Part shown: positions 16,741 through 29,153 of the stretch, in pieces | Position numbering within the stretch: the stretch's first letter is position 1 | Layout: each line of letters starts with the position of its first letter | NCBI GenBank assembly: GCA_902788485.1 | Contig: CADAKI010000003.1 | Location: 5,032 to 69,031 of the forward strand | Direction: 5' to 3' | From: an uncultured Pseudomonadota bacterium | GTDB taxonomy: Bacteria; Pseudomonadota; Alphaproteobacteria; Rs-D84 | DNA length: 64,000 nucleotides | Made by a program: the position numbers and the translations under genes | Notes under the pieces: generated by a model | Told to the model about the DNA's origin: nothing | What the model saw: only the letters and a program-made list of their open reading frames with translations | Databases searched by the model: none

Positions 16741-17724
16741 TTAAAACCATTTCCATGGTTGAAACACACTTAGCAAACTCATCGCGGTACGACGGTCGGC
16801 ATATGTATGACCACAACGCGGACACACCAAGAACGGCGCAATAACGGCCTTGTATTTTTTGAATATCAATGACCAGATATAAAATCCAATCGCCCATGCC
16901 GCAATCACCAATCCCCATGCAACATAGTTAAAATAACTGTTGACGGTGCGGGTTAAAATTTGCACCACGCCCAGGTCTGATTTTTCCAAATCGTTATATA
17001 TTTTGACGCCAACCGGCCATGAAGATGGACGCCACGGATACACATGTTTTACACCGTAATCGGTTAACAATGTTGTGCCCAGACCGCCAGACGCCTTGTC
17101 CAATTCTTTTTTAATTGCGGCATCGATGATTTTATCAACCTCTATCTGGGTCAGTTTTGTCAAATCATTTTGCACTTTGTCCAGTTGTTTATTCACCATG
17201 GCGGCGGTATCGTCCACTTTTTGAATACCCTTGTTTGCCTGGGCAATGCCGGAATCGGCCTGATTCACGACTTTGTCCACAGCATCGGTTTTAACACCAA
17301 ACATATTCGCCAGACCCGTCAATTTTTTCACCCCACCGGTGGTTTGGGACGCATGGGCCGTGGTTTCTTTTGCTTTGGCCGTGGTGTCCGTCACTTTACC
17401 AACCGCACCTTGGGCCAATTTAACCTTGTCAATCGCCATTGCAACCGGTTTTTCCAGGTTGATTGCATCCTTGATACCCGACAGCAGGCGCGCATATTGT
17501 TCTTGGATATTGCGTTGCAAATCAAAGAACATCGACACGACCATAGATTTTTTTATCGGGCCGGCATAGTGATGTTTTACATATAATGGAAAAGATATCA
17601 CAAATGCCAACCAAATGACCGACACAATCGCAAATGTACGCTTGGCCGCGGTGATTACAGATTTTTTCTTGGCGACGGTTTTGGCGCCATGCATATCAAT
17701 TACTTCAACTTCTTTTTTTGCCAT
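16741..17724 (-). CDS. hypothetical membrane protein with a central coiled-coil/Ala-Thr-Lys-rich region (327 aa)
   Basis: TM near the N-terminus (FAIVSVIWLAFVISFPLY) and another near the C-terminus (VAWGLVIAAWAIGFYIWSLIF). C-terminal CPRCGH. No family recognised. Confidence 0.55.
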   Translation of the reverse strand: MAKKEVEVIDMHGAKTVAKKKSVITAAKRTFAIVSVIWLAFVISFPLYVKHHYAGPIKKSMVVSMFFDLQRNIQEQYARLLSGIKDAINLEKPVAMAIDKVKLAQGAVGKVTDTTAKAKETTAHASQTTGGVKKLTGLANMFGVKTDAVDKVVNQADSGIAQANKGIQKVDDTAAMVNKQLDKVQNDLTKLTQIEVDKIIDAAIKKELDKASGGLGTTLLTDYGVKHVYPWRPSSWPVGVKIYNDLEKSDLGVVQILTRTVNSYFNYVAWGLVIAAWAIGFYIWSLIFKKYKAVIAPFLVCPRCGHTYADRRTAMSLLSVFQPWKWF

Positions 17725-17786
17725 AATAAAATCTCCTTTATGGAGATTTTATTAAATTATGACATTTGGATTCAAGAAGTTTTTAT

Positions 17787-18911
17787 TTAATTTTCACCGG
17801 TATACTTTTTTATAAATTCCGATTTGAATTCGGCAAAGCGGCCCTGCTCTATACTTTTGCGAATGTCGCGCATTAAATCTTGATAGAACCACAGGTTATG
17901 TTGAGTCAATAATGTTGCGCCCAAAACTTCATTACATTTAATCAAATGGTGTAAATACGCACGCGACAATTTACATGCCGGGCAACCACATTTATCATCC
18001 AATGGCGACGGGTCATCGCGGAATTTTGCGTTGCGCATATTCATTGTACCATGACGCGTAAAGGCCTGGGCCGTGCGGCCGGCACGCGTCGGCATGACGC
18101 AATCAAACATATCAACACCGCGTTCAACCGCACCCAATATATCCAATGGTGTTCCAACACCCATTAAATAACGCGGTTTATCGGTTGGCAAATGCGGTGT
18201 TGTTGTTGCAATCATATTGAACATAACTTCTTGACTTTCACCCACCGCGAGTCCCCCAATCGCATATCCGTCAAAACCAATTTTGGTAAGTTCGCGCGCC
18301 GATTTTTCACGCAAATCAGGGAAATCGGCACCTTGGACAATACCAAAGATTCCATAACCATCGCGGTCTATGAACGCATCTTTACTGCGGCGCGCCCATT
18401 CGGTCACCATATCAACATTTTTTTCGGCACGCGCACGCGTTGTGGGCAATTTCAAACATTCATCCAAAACCATTGTAATATTAGAATCCAGTTGATGTTG
18501 AATATGGACAGAATCTTCGGGACGCATAAAGTGTTTAATACCGCCGTCAATATGTGATGTAAATTCGACACCATCGGCGCGCATTTTAACCAGGTTAGAA
18601 AGCGACATAACCTGGAATCCACCGCTGTCTGTTAAAATTGGGCCATGCCAACCACTGAATTTATGCAGGCCACCCATGCGTTCAACCAAATCGCCCCCAG
18701 GGCGCATCATCAAATGATACGTGTTTCCCAAAATTACTTGCGTTCCGGTGGCGGCAACCTGGTCCATAGTAAGTGCCTTGACCGTGGCCGCGGTTCCCAC
18801 CGCCATAAATGCGGGCGTTTCAAAATCCCCATGTGCCGTATGCACACGTCCACGACGCGCAGTTCCATCAGTATTTAACAAATCAAATTTTAACGACATT
18901 TTTCCATCCAT
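17787..18911 (-). CDS. tgt: queuine tRNA-ribosyltransferase
   Basis: ARRGRVHTAHGDFETPAFMAVGT, TDSGGFQV, and a C-terminal CxCxxC..H zinc site (CGCPACKLSRAYLHHL). Confidence 0.96.
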   Translation of the reverse strand: MDGKMSLKFDLLNTDGTARRGRVHTAHGDFETPAFMAVGTAATVKALTMDQVAATGTQVILGNTYHLMMRPGGDLVERMGGLHKFSGWHGPILTDSGGFQVMSLSNLVKMRADGVEFTSHIDGGIKHFMRPEDSVHIQHQLDSNITMVLDECLKLPTTRARAEKNVDMVTEWARRSKDAFIDRDGYGIFGIVQGADFPDLREKSARELTKIGFDGYAIGGLAVGESQEVMFNMIATTTPHLPTDKPRYLMGVGTPLDILGAVERGVDMFDCVMPTRAGRTAQAFTRHGTMNMRNAKFRDDPSPLDDKCGCPACKLSRAYLHHLIKCNEVLGATLLTQHNLWFYQDLMRDIRKSIEQGRFAEFKSEFIKKYTGEN

Positions 18912-19294
18912 AATTCAGTTAAAAACATTTGTGTCATATAATTTTTATATCTGTTTTTTTTATCATATTCATCATTAATTTTCATATCACCTTGGTATGC
19001 ACCAATGTAATAATGTATAAACGCCTTGATACCCAATGGTAAATTCGGGTCATCTAAAAAACTTTCCAGCCAAATGTTTATTGCCTGGTATTGATGTTCT
19101 GTTAAGGAAATCCTGCCAGATATTTTTCCACTGAGTGCGCGATACAATTTATGTGTCATCATTTTTGTTTCAATATATTTTATTTCGGCATCATCAAACC
19201 AGATGCCCAAATGTGGCGCCATACCAAAAATCAGTCCCATATCCACTCTGCGCCCCAATTCCGGCATTGAAAGATTTTTTGGATTTTTTATCAT
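18890..19294 (-). CDS. hypothetical protein (134 aa) between the M16 peptidase and tgt
   Basis: Same-strand ORF whose 3' end overlaps the tgt start, consistent with an operon. No family recognised. Confidence 0.45.
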   Translation of the reverse strand: MIKNPKNLSMPELGRRVDMGLIFGMAPHLGIWFDDAEIKYIETKMMTHKLYRALSGKISGRISLTEHQYQAINIWLESFLDDPNLPLGIKAFIHYYIGAYQGDMKINDEYDKKNRYKNYMTQMFLTELWMEKCR

Positions 19295-19305
19295 TTATGC
19301 GTCCC

Positions 19306-20577
19306 TTATTTAAAATTATCAATCCAAATTTTATGCAAATCGATATCGCCGCATTCGGCACCAAATGTAATAATTGACATCGGCCCCGTAAAAAATCCAT
19401 TTGAACATTTTATTATCTCGTCGGCAGTAATAGATTTATCAAAATCTTGAACTGTTTTTAAATCATACAATTTACCAAAATCTGTATAATGACCAATTAA
19501 AACATCACAACGGCGCGTTGCAGATTCCAAGAAATCCGCATCAACCAATTTATGAATATTATAAAATCGCGACACAATCGGTTGTGTTATTTTATCGGTG
19601 TTATGCACCCGATATGCCGTTTTTGCAATTAATGCAACCGCGCGTTCCAGATTTTCCAGGCTGGTTTCGGTATCTATGCCGTGCACACCCCAATATTCAT
19701 TACCGTATCCCGCCATACCAATACCATATATCAACCCGTTTTGTTGGCGGACAACCTCACCCAGTTCTTGGATTAAATATTTATGAAATTTGGATTCTGC
19801 CAAATTATCACGAATGTTTTCATAAGTATCCGGACGAATATATGGAAATAAAATATTTAACCATACGTTTTTCAAACCGGGGTCTGGTAAAAATTTATCA
19901 CATGGTGTATATTTTAATTCCGTATTTTTTGTCACATCGTGTGTTGGTAAAAAAGCAAATAATTTTTCCAAATTTTGCAACAATGTATCCGGGTTATCTA
20001 TACGTCCAGATATGCCAATCACACAATTTTTGGCAGACAAACGCTGCTGCAACCAATTTATCATTTGTGTGCGCGTAAATGATTTAATATTTTCATTTGT
20101 TCCCAATGTCCGGAACGCGGAAAAACCCAACAAATTTGTATGAACAAAATCACTAAATCTGCGTTTGTTATTGCCTTGGCCACGACGCAATTCATCCAAT
20201 ATAACATTACGCTCTATTTCTATTTTATCTTGGTCAAACAAAGAATTTTCTAATATATCTGCAAAAACAGCCAGCAATTTGTCCATATTTTCGGCAATAA
20301 TGCGACCATAAATTTGTAAAGACATATTTGATGTTGATGCATTGAATGTTCCACCCATATTTTCAACATAATCTTTTAATTCTTTGCGGGTTGGAAATTT
20401 TTTTGTTCCTTTCATCAACATATGTTCGCAAAAATGTGTAATACCATAGACGTCAGGCGTTTCGTCGCGCGAACCGGTCGCAAAACGAATTTTGACACTA
20501 ACCGTTTCCAAATCCATCGGGTCCAAAATCACGGTCACACCATTTGATAATTTATGTAATGTTGGATTAAATTGCAT
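19306..20577 (-). CDS. M16-family (pitrilysin/insulinase-like) zinc peptidase
   Basis: HFCEHMLMKGT (HxxEH) inverted zincin motif. Start moved to ATG 20577 (MQFNPTLHKL) to avoid a long overlap with queA. Confidence 0.8.
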   Translation of the reverse strand: MQFNPTLHKLSNGVTVILDPMDLETVSVKIRFATGSRDETPDVYGITHFCEHMLMKGTKKFPTRKELKDYVENMGGTFNASTSNMSLQIYGRIIAENMDKLLAVFADILENSLFDQDKIEIERNVILDELRRGQGNNKRRFSDFVHTNLLGFSAFRTLGTNENIKSFTRTQMINWLQQRLSAKNCVIGISGRIDNPDTLLQNLEKLFAFLPTHDVTKNTELKYTPCDKFLPDPGLKNVWLNILFPYIRPDTYENIRDNLAESKFHKYLIQELGEVVRQQNGLIYGIGMAGYGNEYWGVHGIDTETSLENLERAVALIAKTAYRVHNTDKITQPIVSRFYNIHKLVDADFLESATRRCDVLIGHYTDFGKLYDLKTVQDFDKSITADEIIKCSNGFFTGPMSIITFGAECGDIDLHKIWIDNFK

Positions 20578-21664
20578 TTTTATTATCCTTTTTGAACAAC
20601 AAACAACAATCGCCATAACTGAAAAATCTGTATTTTTCGGCGACGGCGTGGGCATAGGCGGATTTCATCTCGGGCAGACCCGCAAACGCAGATACCAACA
20701 TAAAGAGTGTCGATTTTGGCAAATGAAAATTCGTCAGCAATATATCCACCGCACCAAATTTATACCCCGGCGTGATAAAGATATTTGTATTATCACAAAT
20801 TGGAACAACACGCGTACCTGCGCCGGATTCACACGCACGCATTGCCGCACTTTCCAACGTACGCATTGATGTTGTACCAACCGCAATTACGCGTTTTGCA
20901 CCGTTTATTATATCGGCTTGTTCGGGTGTGATACAGCACCACTCAGAGTGCATTTTGTGTTGCGACAAATCTTCGGTTTTGACCGGCATCCACGTTCCCG
21001 CACCAACATGCAAAGTTATCTTTACAATTTTTGCACCGCGTTTTTCAATTTCACTCATCAGTTCGTCTGTAAAATGCAATCCCGCCGTTGGCGCCGCCAT
21101 TGACCCCAATGGTTCGGCATATACCGTTTGATATCTGTCGCGATCGGCAGGCTCGTTATCGCGTTTCATATACGGTGGCAGTGGCATTTTGCCAACATTA
21201 TTCAAAACATCAAAAACATTATCGCAATCAAAGTGCAGTAATAAACCGCTTTCGTCGTCTTTATCAACGACTTGAATTTTTGTGCCATCATCCATGGTCA
21301 GCGTATCGCCAATGTTTATTTTATTAAACTTTTTGCACAATCCCCACCAATCGTGATCGTTGACCGATGTGTGTAATGTGATTTCATAAACAGCGGATGG
21401 TCCGTCTTCGCTTTCGCTCCGTCGCGACGCCCCTTGTTCTGAAACAGAACCACGGGTCGCCATAAAACGCGCAGGAATCACACGCGAATTATTAAATACA
21501 ACCACATCACCCGGTTGCAAATAATCCAAAAAATCGCGGATATGTTTGTCAGCAACCACCCCACTATCCACAACCAACATACGCGAGGCATCGCGTTTTT
21601 CCAATGGGTGTGACGCAATCAATTCGGCGGGCAATTCAAAATCAAAATCCGATGTATGTAACAT
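20567..21664 (-). CDS. queA: S-adenosylmethionine:tRNA ribosyltransferase-isomerase
   Basis: FDFELPAELIASHPLEKRDASRMLVV N-terminus, plus PLPPYMKR and VGTTS.RTLES. Confidence 0.95.
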   Translation of the reverse strand: MLHTSDFDFELPAELIASHPLEKRDASRMLVVDSGVVADKHIRDFLDYLQPGDVVVFNNSRVIPARFMATRGSVSEQGASRRSESEDGPSAVYEITLHTSVNDHDWWGLCKKFNKINIGDTLTMDDGTKIQVVDKDDESGLLLHFDCDNVFDVLNNVGKMPLPPYMKRDNEPADRDRYQTVYAEPLGSMAAPTAGLHFTDELMSEIEKRGAKIVKITLHVGAGTWMPVKTEDLSQHKMHSEWCCITPEQADIINGAKRVIAVGTTSMRTLESAAMRACESGAGTRVVPICDNTNIFITPGYKFGAVDILLTNFHLPKSTLFMLVSAFAGLPEMKSAYAHAVAEKYRFFSYGDCCLLFKKDNKNAI

Positions 21665-22566
21665 TATTTTTTAAACTCTAACCCTTGGTCGGTATAATTT
21701 TCCGCCTTATCTTCCCAATTTTCTTCTGTGCGAACGAACAAGTGCAAACGTGCGTTTACACCCCATTGATTTTGGATGTCGTGACGGGCTTCGGTTCCAA
21801 TTTTCTTTAATTGTTCACCACCGCGACCAATTACAATCTTTTTATGGGCATCATTTTGGACAACAATTTTTTGATATATGTCCAAAACACCGTCCGCGTC
21901 CACATCAACTTTCTCGGTCACGACATTGATATGATATGGCAATTCGGCATGAATATATTTATAAATCTTTTCACGGGTCAATTCCGCCAAATACAAATTA
22001 TCCGGAACATCCACCGCGTCCGCCGCATCAAATAAATACGGGGATTCCGGCATCACCGCCGCCAATGCATTTAACATTTCATTTATTCCGTCATTTTTTA
22101 ATGCAGAAATCATGAATATTTCCCGGAATTCAGCCAAGTTTGTCAATTCTGCAACCATTGGCAATAAATTACCTTTGGATATTGTGTCAACCTTGTTCAA
22201 TGCGACAAACAGATTTTTATGATTCTTGATTTTTTCAATCAAACCACGAATTGTGTCGGTTATGCCGTGTGTCGCATCAACCAGCAATAATACCGCGTCC
22301 GCGTCAGAAAACGCATCCATCGCCGCACCAACCATTGCCCGGTCCAAGCGGCGTTTTGGTTTGAACACGCCCGGCGTATCAACAAATATTAATTGGCGGT
22401 TTCCAACCATTTTGACCGCGCGCAGGTTTGTTCGCGTGGTTTGAACCTTGTGCGATACGATTGACACTTTGCGCCCCATGATTTGGTTTATCAGGGTGCT
22501 TTTCCCGGCGTTTGTCGGGCCCAAAATTGCAATAAATCCAGAATATGTATTTGTCATGAGATACAC
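21664..22566 (-). CDS. era: GTPase Era
   Basis: GFIAILGPTNAGKSTLIN, DTPG and NKVD G-motifs plus a KH-domain C-terminus. Confidence 0.95.
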   Translation of the reverse strand: MYLMTNTYSGFIAILGPTNAGKSTLINQIMGRKVSIVSHKVQTTRTNLRAVKMVGNRQLIFVDTPGVFKPKRRLDRAMVGAAMDAFSDADAVLLLVDATHGITDTIRGLIEKIKNHKNLFVALNKVDTISKGNLLPMVAELTNLAEFREIFMISALKNDGINEMLNALAAVMPESPYLFDAADAVDVPDNLYLAELTREKIYKYIHAELPYHINVVTEKVDVDADGVLDIYQKIVVQNDAHKKIVIGRGGEQLKKIGTEARHDIQNQWGVNARLHLFVRTEENWEDKAENYTDQGLEFKK

Positions 22567-22667
22567 AATAGCACACCAATTTCAAAAGGCAATAAAAAAC
22601 CTTGCAAAAATAATATATTATGGCAAACTCTTGGGTGAGAGAGAACAGCAAGAAAAGGATGAAAATA

Positions 22668-23201
22668 ATGTCGAACTCTTTCACATTTGATGACAAGTGG
22701 AATATCCGCTTTATGCAACAGGCACAAATTATTTCTACTTGGTCCAAAGACCCCAGCACACGCGTTGGTTGTATAATCGTTTCCCCTGACCGCTTTGTTT
22801 TATCCGAAGGTTATAATGGTTTTCCGCACGGTATCGCCGACACAGCCGAGAGGTTGCATGACCGTGTATTGAAATATCCACGCGTTGTTCATGCAGAAAC
22901 AAATGCAATCGTGAATGCGGGTCGAAATGGTGCGAAAATTGATGGTGGTATTTTGTTTGTAACCGCCCCACCGTGTCCAAATTGCGCAAAAATGATTGTC
23001 CAGGCCGGTATTAGTGAAATTTTGTATATTGATTTAGATAAAACAAAAAAGAATATTCCGGGTTGGCGCGATGAATTAAATATTTCTTTTGATATGTTTA
23101 ATGAAGTTGGTATCCCGAACAAGGCAATTCCAAAAAAATACCTGTTCACAAAAGCACAGTTGGATGCAATCAGAAATAAACAAATGATGAACACAAAATA
23201 A
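22668..23201 (+). CDS. deoxycytidylate (dCMP) deaminase, CMP/dCMP zinc-deaminase family
   Basis: HAETNAI and PCPNCAKMIVQAGI zinc motifs. Start set to ATG 22668, with SD aagga 9 nt upstream. Confidence 0.85.
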   Translation: MSNSFTFDDKWNIRFMQQAQIISTWSKDPSTRVGCIIVSPDRFVLSEGYNGFPHGIADTAERLHDRVLKYPRVVHAETNAIVNAGRNGAKIDGGILFVTAPPCPNCAKMIVQAGISEILYIDLDKTKKNIPGWRDELNISFDMFNEVGIPNKAIPKKYLFTKAQLDAIRNKQMMNTK

Positions 23202-23204
23202 AAA

Positions 23205-23231
23205 ACGCCCCGGATTTTCCGGGTTTTTTTT
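23205..23231. terminator. bidirectional terminator (dCMP deaminase / bamD)
   Basis: cccgg-atttt-ccggg hairpin followed by T8. Confidence 0.75.
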
Positions 23232-23950
23232 TATTTATCTAACTTTTTCGTCCATTGGTTATCGGGGAAATTTTTACGCAACATATCGGCATAACCCGCG
23301 GCCTGGGTCGGCAACCCAATCGCCGTATAACATTGGGTCAGACGGTACAGTGCCTCGGGCGTCATGACGGTTTCGGACGCGGTTTGCACAACCGATTGCA
23401 ATTTTGTAATTGCCGATGTCCAATTTTCGCGCTTCATATCGGTGCGCGCAGAATACATAACCTTGCCCGCAATATAATTTTTCAAGATATGTATTTTGTT
23501 TTCGGCGTTTTTCGCATATTCAGATGTCGGAAATCTTTCGCGCAGTTGTTCAAATTGCTGTAATGCGAATACGGACATGCCCGGTTCACGACGAACGTCA
23601 CTGACCTGGCGATAATAACACATGCCGCGCAGGTATAAAATGTATGGCGCATCCCGGTGACCGGGGTGAAAACGCAAAAAACGGTCGGTTGCAATCAACG
23701 CGCCCGAAAAATCGTCATCCATATATCGTGAATATGCCGCCATAACCAGCGCATCAGGTGCATATGGGTCGGTTGAATGTTCTGCCTCGGCCTCGGTAAA
23801 TAATTCCGCAGCATCGGCATAATCACCATCGTTAAAATTTTCGTATGCATCGGCATAAATCGCCGCCATAGAACGTTCTGGCGCAACATCCGTGCCACCA
23901 CAGGCCGCCAAAATCGCCCCAATCGCAATTAAAATCACAAAATTTTTCAT
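23231..23950 (-). CDS. bamD: outer membrane protein assembly factor BamD (lipoprotein, TPR-like)
   Basis: Lipobox ILAAC. YxxA..y..gdY..A...F motif and length typical of BamD/YfiO. Confidence 0.8.
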   Translation of the reverse strand: MKNFVILIAIGAILAACGGTDVAPERSMAAIYADAYENFNDGDYADAAELFTEAEAEHSTDPYAPDALVMAAYSRYMDDDFSGALIATDRFLRFHPGHRDAPYILYLRGMCYYRQVSDVRREPGMSVFALQQFEQLRERFPTSEYAKNAENKIHILKNYIAGKVMYSARTDMKRENWTSAITKLQSVVQTASETVMTPEALYRLTQCYTAIGLPTQAAGYADMLRKNFPDNQWTKKLDK

Positions 23951-24026
23951 ACTTGAATTCCTTTACACAATCACAGTATAATATATTCGTTAAAAATAAA
24001 AGAAGTTTTTTATAAAGGGCGTTTAG

Positions 24027-25487
24027 ATGAAACTGGGTCGAAATATTTTTGGTGTTGGCGCAATGACCGGCATCAGTCGTATTTTCGGATTTGTGCGCGA
24101 CATGCTGATTGCGCGTGTATTAGGTGCAGGAAGATTATCAGATATTTTCTTGACGGCGTTTAAATTACCAAATCTGTTTCGCGATTTGTTGGGCGAAGGC
24201 GCCCTGTCCGCGATATTCATCCCAATGTTTGCTGATTCCCGGCGCGATAAAAATTTTGCCAACAATGTGTTTTCTTGGTTGGTCGCGGTTTTATTGGGCA
24301 TAACCATCATATTTGAAATATTTATGCCGGCATTTATCACGATTTTGGCACCCGGGTTTGCGTCGGACCCTGGAAAATTGGAAATGACAACCATTATTTC
24401 ACGCATAATGTTTTGGTATGTCATATTTATCTGTGCGGCGGCATTTTTATCGGCGGTATTAAATGCGTTTTCTAAATTCATATTGGCGGCGTTTATGCCG
24501 GTGATGTTAAATATTATGTTGATATGCGCATTGCTGATGTCGGCGTTTTATGCACCAACAACCGTTTTATATATTATGGCGGCAACCGTTGTGGCATCGG
24601 GCGTTATCCAATGCGCAATTTTATGGACGCGAATTCGTGCAGGTAATTTCGGACTGCGTTTAATTGTCCCGAAATGGAACGATAAGATTAAATCCATGCT
24701 GAAACGATTTGGTGTCAGTTTGGTCGGCAGCGGTTTTTATCAAATCACCATCATCGTTGGAACTTTGGTTGCCAGTTTTGAATCCGGCGCGGTATCGTGG
24801 CTGTATTACGCCGACCGCATTGTGCAATTACCGTTTGCGATAATTGGTTTGGCGGTGGGCACAGTGTTGATGTCTTCGATTTCAAACGCGATTGCAGACA
24901 AGAATATGCGCAGTGTTTACATCCAACAAAATGCGTCGTTACGACGGTCGTTGATGTTAATAATTCCATGTATGGTCGGATTGTTTGTGTTGGCAGAACC
25001 AATTATACGACACCTGTTTCAATATGGCGCGTGGACATCTGAATCCACCCATGCGGTGGCATTGGCAATTATGATTCAATGCATGGTATTGCCCGCCATG
25101 TTGACCAGTCAGATTTACAGCAAGACCCTTTATGCGTCCCAGGATGTTAAAACACCTGTTAAAACCAGTATTACTTCATTGGGGGTTGCGACGATATTAT
25201 ATATCACGTTATTTTATCATTTAGGATATTTGGCAATTCCGGTCGGTGTTGTGATATCGGGCTATGTCAAAAACATACTGTTGGCACGCGCATGCAAAAA
25301 ACGCAATTTAATCAAAATTGATGGTCGCACAATTCGCGCAACGGTCGGATTTACAATTTGGTCTGGTGCGCTGGGGGCGGCATTATGGTTTGTGCCGGTG
25401 GGTGGCATTTTATCTTTGTGTGTTGCGATTGGTGCGTTTGGGGTATTATATTTGCCGGTTGCATACTTGATTGATAAACACGCATAA
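24027..25487 (+). CDS. murJ: lipid II flippase MurJ
   Basis: SRIFGFVRDMLIARVLGAG..SDIFLTAFKLPNLFR..GEGALS N-terminal signature, and about 14 TM helices. Confidence 0.93.
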   Translation: MKLGRNIFGVGAMTGISRIFGFVRDMLIARVLGAGRLSDIFLTAFKLPNLFRDLLGEGALSAIFIPMFADSRRDKNFANNVFSWLVAVLLGITIIFEIFMPAFITILAPGFASDPGKLEMTTIISRIMFWYVIFICAAAFLSAVLNAFSKFILAAFMPVMLNIMLICALLMSAFYAPTTVLYIMAATVVASGVIQCAILWTRIRAGNFGLRLIVPKWNDKIKSMLKRFGVSLVGSGFYQITIIVGTLVASFESGAVSWLYYADRIVQLPFAIIGLAVGTVLMSSISNAIADKNMRSVYIQQNASLRRSLMLIIPCMVGLFVLAEPIIRHLFQYGAWTSESTHAVALAIMIQCMVLPAMLTSQIYSKTLYASQDVKTPVKTSITSLGVATILYITLFYHLGYLAIPVGVVISGYVKNILLARACKKRNLIKIDGRTIRATVGFTIWSGALGAALWFVPVGGILSLCVAIGAFGVLYLPVAYLIDKHA

Positions 25488-25593
25488 ATAAAAGTTGAAA
25501 CATGTGTAAATTTATGATAAAATTACTCTCGAGAATGTAGGGAGTTTCCAAAATATTTGCTCCCTTTAACATGCGCTAAAAGGAGAAACAAAA

Positions 25594-26466
25594 ATGAAAA
25601 AACTGGTGTCTTTATCGGCTTTGATTGCTGTATTGGCGGGGTGCGCCATGGGCGGCAACGATGCAAATATGTATGGTTCGGAATCTTTGGCTGAAGAAGA
25701 TTTGTCGACAGAGGCATTAAACGATTCGTATTTGATGGCGGCGGCGCCAAAATATTACATCGGTAATGCATACAAGGTTGATGATGTTCAATATATCCCA
25801 TCCGAAGATTTAACATATAATCAAACCGGTATAGCGGGAATTATTCCAACAGAATTAAATGGTCAAAAAACCACAAATGGCGAAGTGTTTGATGCATCAC
25901 AAATGGTCGCAACCAGTAAAACATTACCTTTGCCGACGATTGCACGCGTCACAAATTTAGACAATGGGGAATCAGTAATTGTTCGTGTAAATAATCGCGG
26001 TCCATTTGTAAATACGCGTATTATGGATTTGTCACCGGCGGCGGCACAAAAGATTGGTATAAATTCTCAATCCAAGGTCCAGGTTCAGGTTTTAACCGAA
26101 CAATCAATGGCGGTTAAAAATGCAACGATTGGTACACCAACCGAAACAGTCACAACAGAAACCACGGTCCAAGTCGCACCGGTTGCCGAACAGCCAGCAC
26201 CGGCATCACAACCAGTTGCCGCATCGGGTGATTACACAATTCAGTTGGCGGCATTTTATGCCCAGGACAGCGCGGATGCCATGGCACAACGCATGAAAAC
26301 ATACGGTGATGCGGTCGTCGTGAACGAGGGTGGCATGTACAAAGTTCGCATTGTGAATTTGGATGCCGCGCGCGCGCGCAGTGTTATTAACGCCCTGCGC
26401 ACAAATGAAGGTATGGCACCGGGATTGTTGAAAAACGGTCGATGGGTCAATGCCGACAGTATTTAA
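25594..26466 (+). CDS. rlpA: septal ring lytic transglycosylase RlpA-family lipoprotein (DPBB + SPOR)
   Basis: Lipobox LAGC. DPBB core (TTNGEVFD..ATSKTLPLPT.ARVTNL.NG.S.IVRVNNRGPF). C-terminal SPOR-like YTIQLAAF...A. Confidence 0.88.
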   Translation: MKKLVSLSALIAVLAGCAMGGNDANMYGSESLAEEDLSTEALNDSYLMAAAPKYYIGNAYKVDDVQYIPSEDLTYNQTGIAGIIPTELNGQKTTNGEVFDASQMVATSKTLPLPTIARVTNLDNGESVIVRVNNRGPFVNTRIMDLSPAAAQKIGINSQSKVQVQVLTEQSMAVKNATIGTPTETVTTETTVQVAPVAEQPAPASQPVAASGDYTIQLAAFYAQDSADAMAQRMKTYGDAVVVNEGGMYKVRIVNLDAARARSVINALRTNEGMAPGLLKNGRWVNADSI

Positions 26467-26487
26467 TATCAGTTTTTTCTTGAAAGC

Positions 26488-26517
26488 AAAATGTCCCGGT
26501 TTCCGGGACATTTTTTA
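26488..26517. terminator. bidirectional terminator (rlpA / ligA)
   Basis: tgtcccgg-ttt-ccgggaca hairpin followed by T6. Confidence 0.8.
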
Positions 26518-26530
26518 TAAATTTTTTTTA

Positions 26531-28528
<1,998 letters not shown>

Positions 28529-28645
28529 TTAGCCATTTAAGTCAATTTAATGATACATCGGGAACAGACAATAAAAAACTTGCAAAAGCGTAAGAAAAAT
28601 GCTTACAATGATGGTGTAAATCTGTTAAGAAAAAGGAAAGAAAAC

Positions 28646-29092
28646 ATGGCAGGCAGCATAAATAAAGTTATCTTGGTCGGTAATGTCGGTCAAGAACCGC
28701 AAATCCGTCAAATGAACAACGGACAAAAGGTCGCAAGTTTTTCATTGGCGACATCGGACCGTTGGCGCGACCGGACATCGGGTGAACAAAAAGAACAAAC
28801 CGAATGGCATCGTGTTGTCGTGTTTCAACCGGGACTGGTTGATGTCGTCGAACGCATGGTGCAAAAAGGAACAAAGTTGTATATCGAGGGAACGCTGCGC
28901 ACACGTAAATGGCAAAACCAACAGGGCGCAGACCAATACACGACCGAGGTCACATTGAATCCGTTCGGTGGACAAATGGTTATTTTAAGTGGTGCCAAGG
29001 CCGTTGATGGTTCAATGCCTGATGCGGCACCGGCGCAAAAACACGAAGAAATTTCTGTGGGCGATTTGGCGGGCGATGAAATCCCGTTCTAA
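28646..29092 (+). CDS. ssb: single-stranded DNA-binding protein
   Basis: INKVILVGNVGQEP..R.....G..VASFSLATS..W and the acidic tip ..GDEIPF. Start moved to ATG 28646. Confidence 0.95.
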   Translation: MAGSINKVILVGNVGQEPQIRQMNNGQKVASFSLATSDRWRDRTSGEQKEQTEWHRVVVFQPGLVDVVERMVQKGTKLYIEGTLRTRKWQNQQGADQYTTEVTLNPFGGQMVILSGAKAVDGSMPDAAPAQKHEEISVGDLAGDEIPF

Positions 29093-29112
29093 GGAAAAAA
29101 TAAATGTTCCCT

Positions 29113-29139
29113 GCCCCATGGGATAAATGGGGCTTTTTT
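29113..29139 (+). terminator. intrinsic terminator after ssb
   Basis: gccccat-gggataa-atggggc hairpin followed by T6. Confidence 0.75.
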
Positions 29140-29153
29140 AATTTGGTAAAAAA

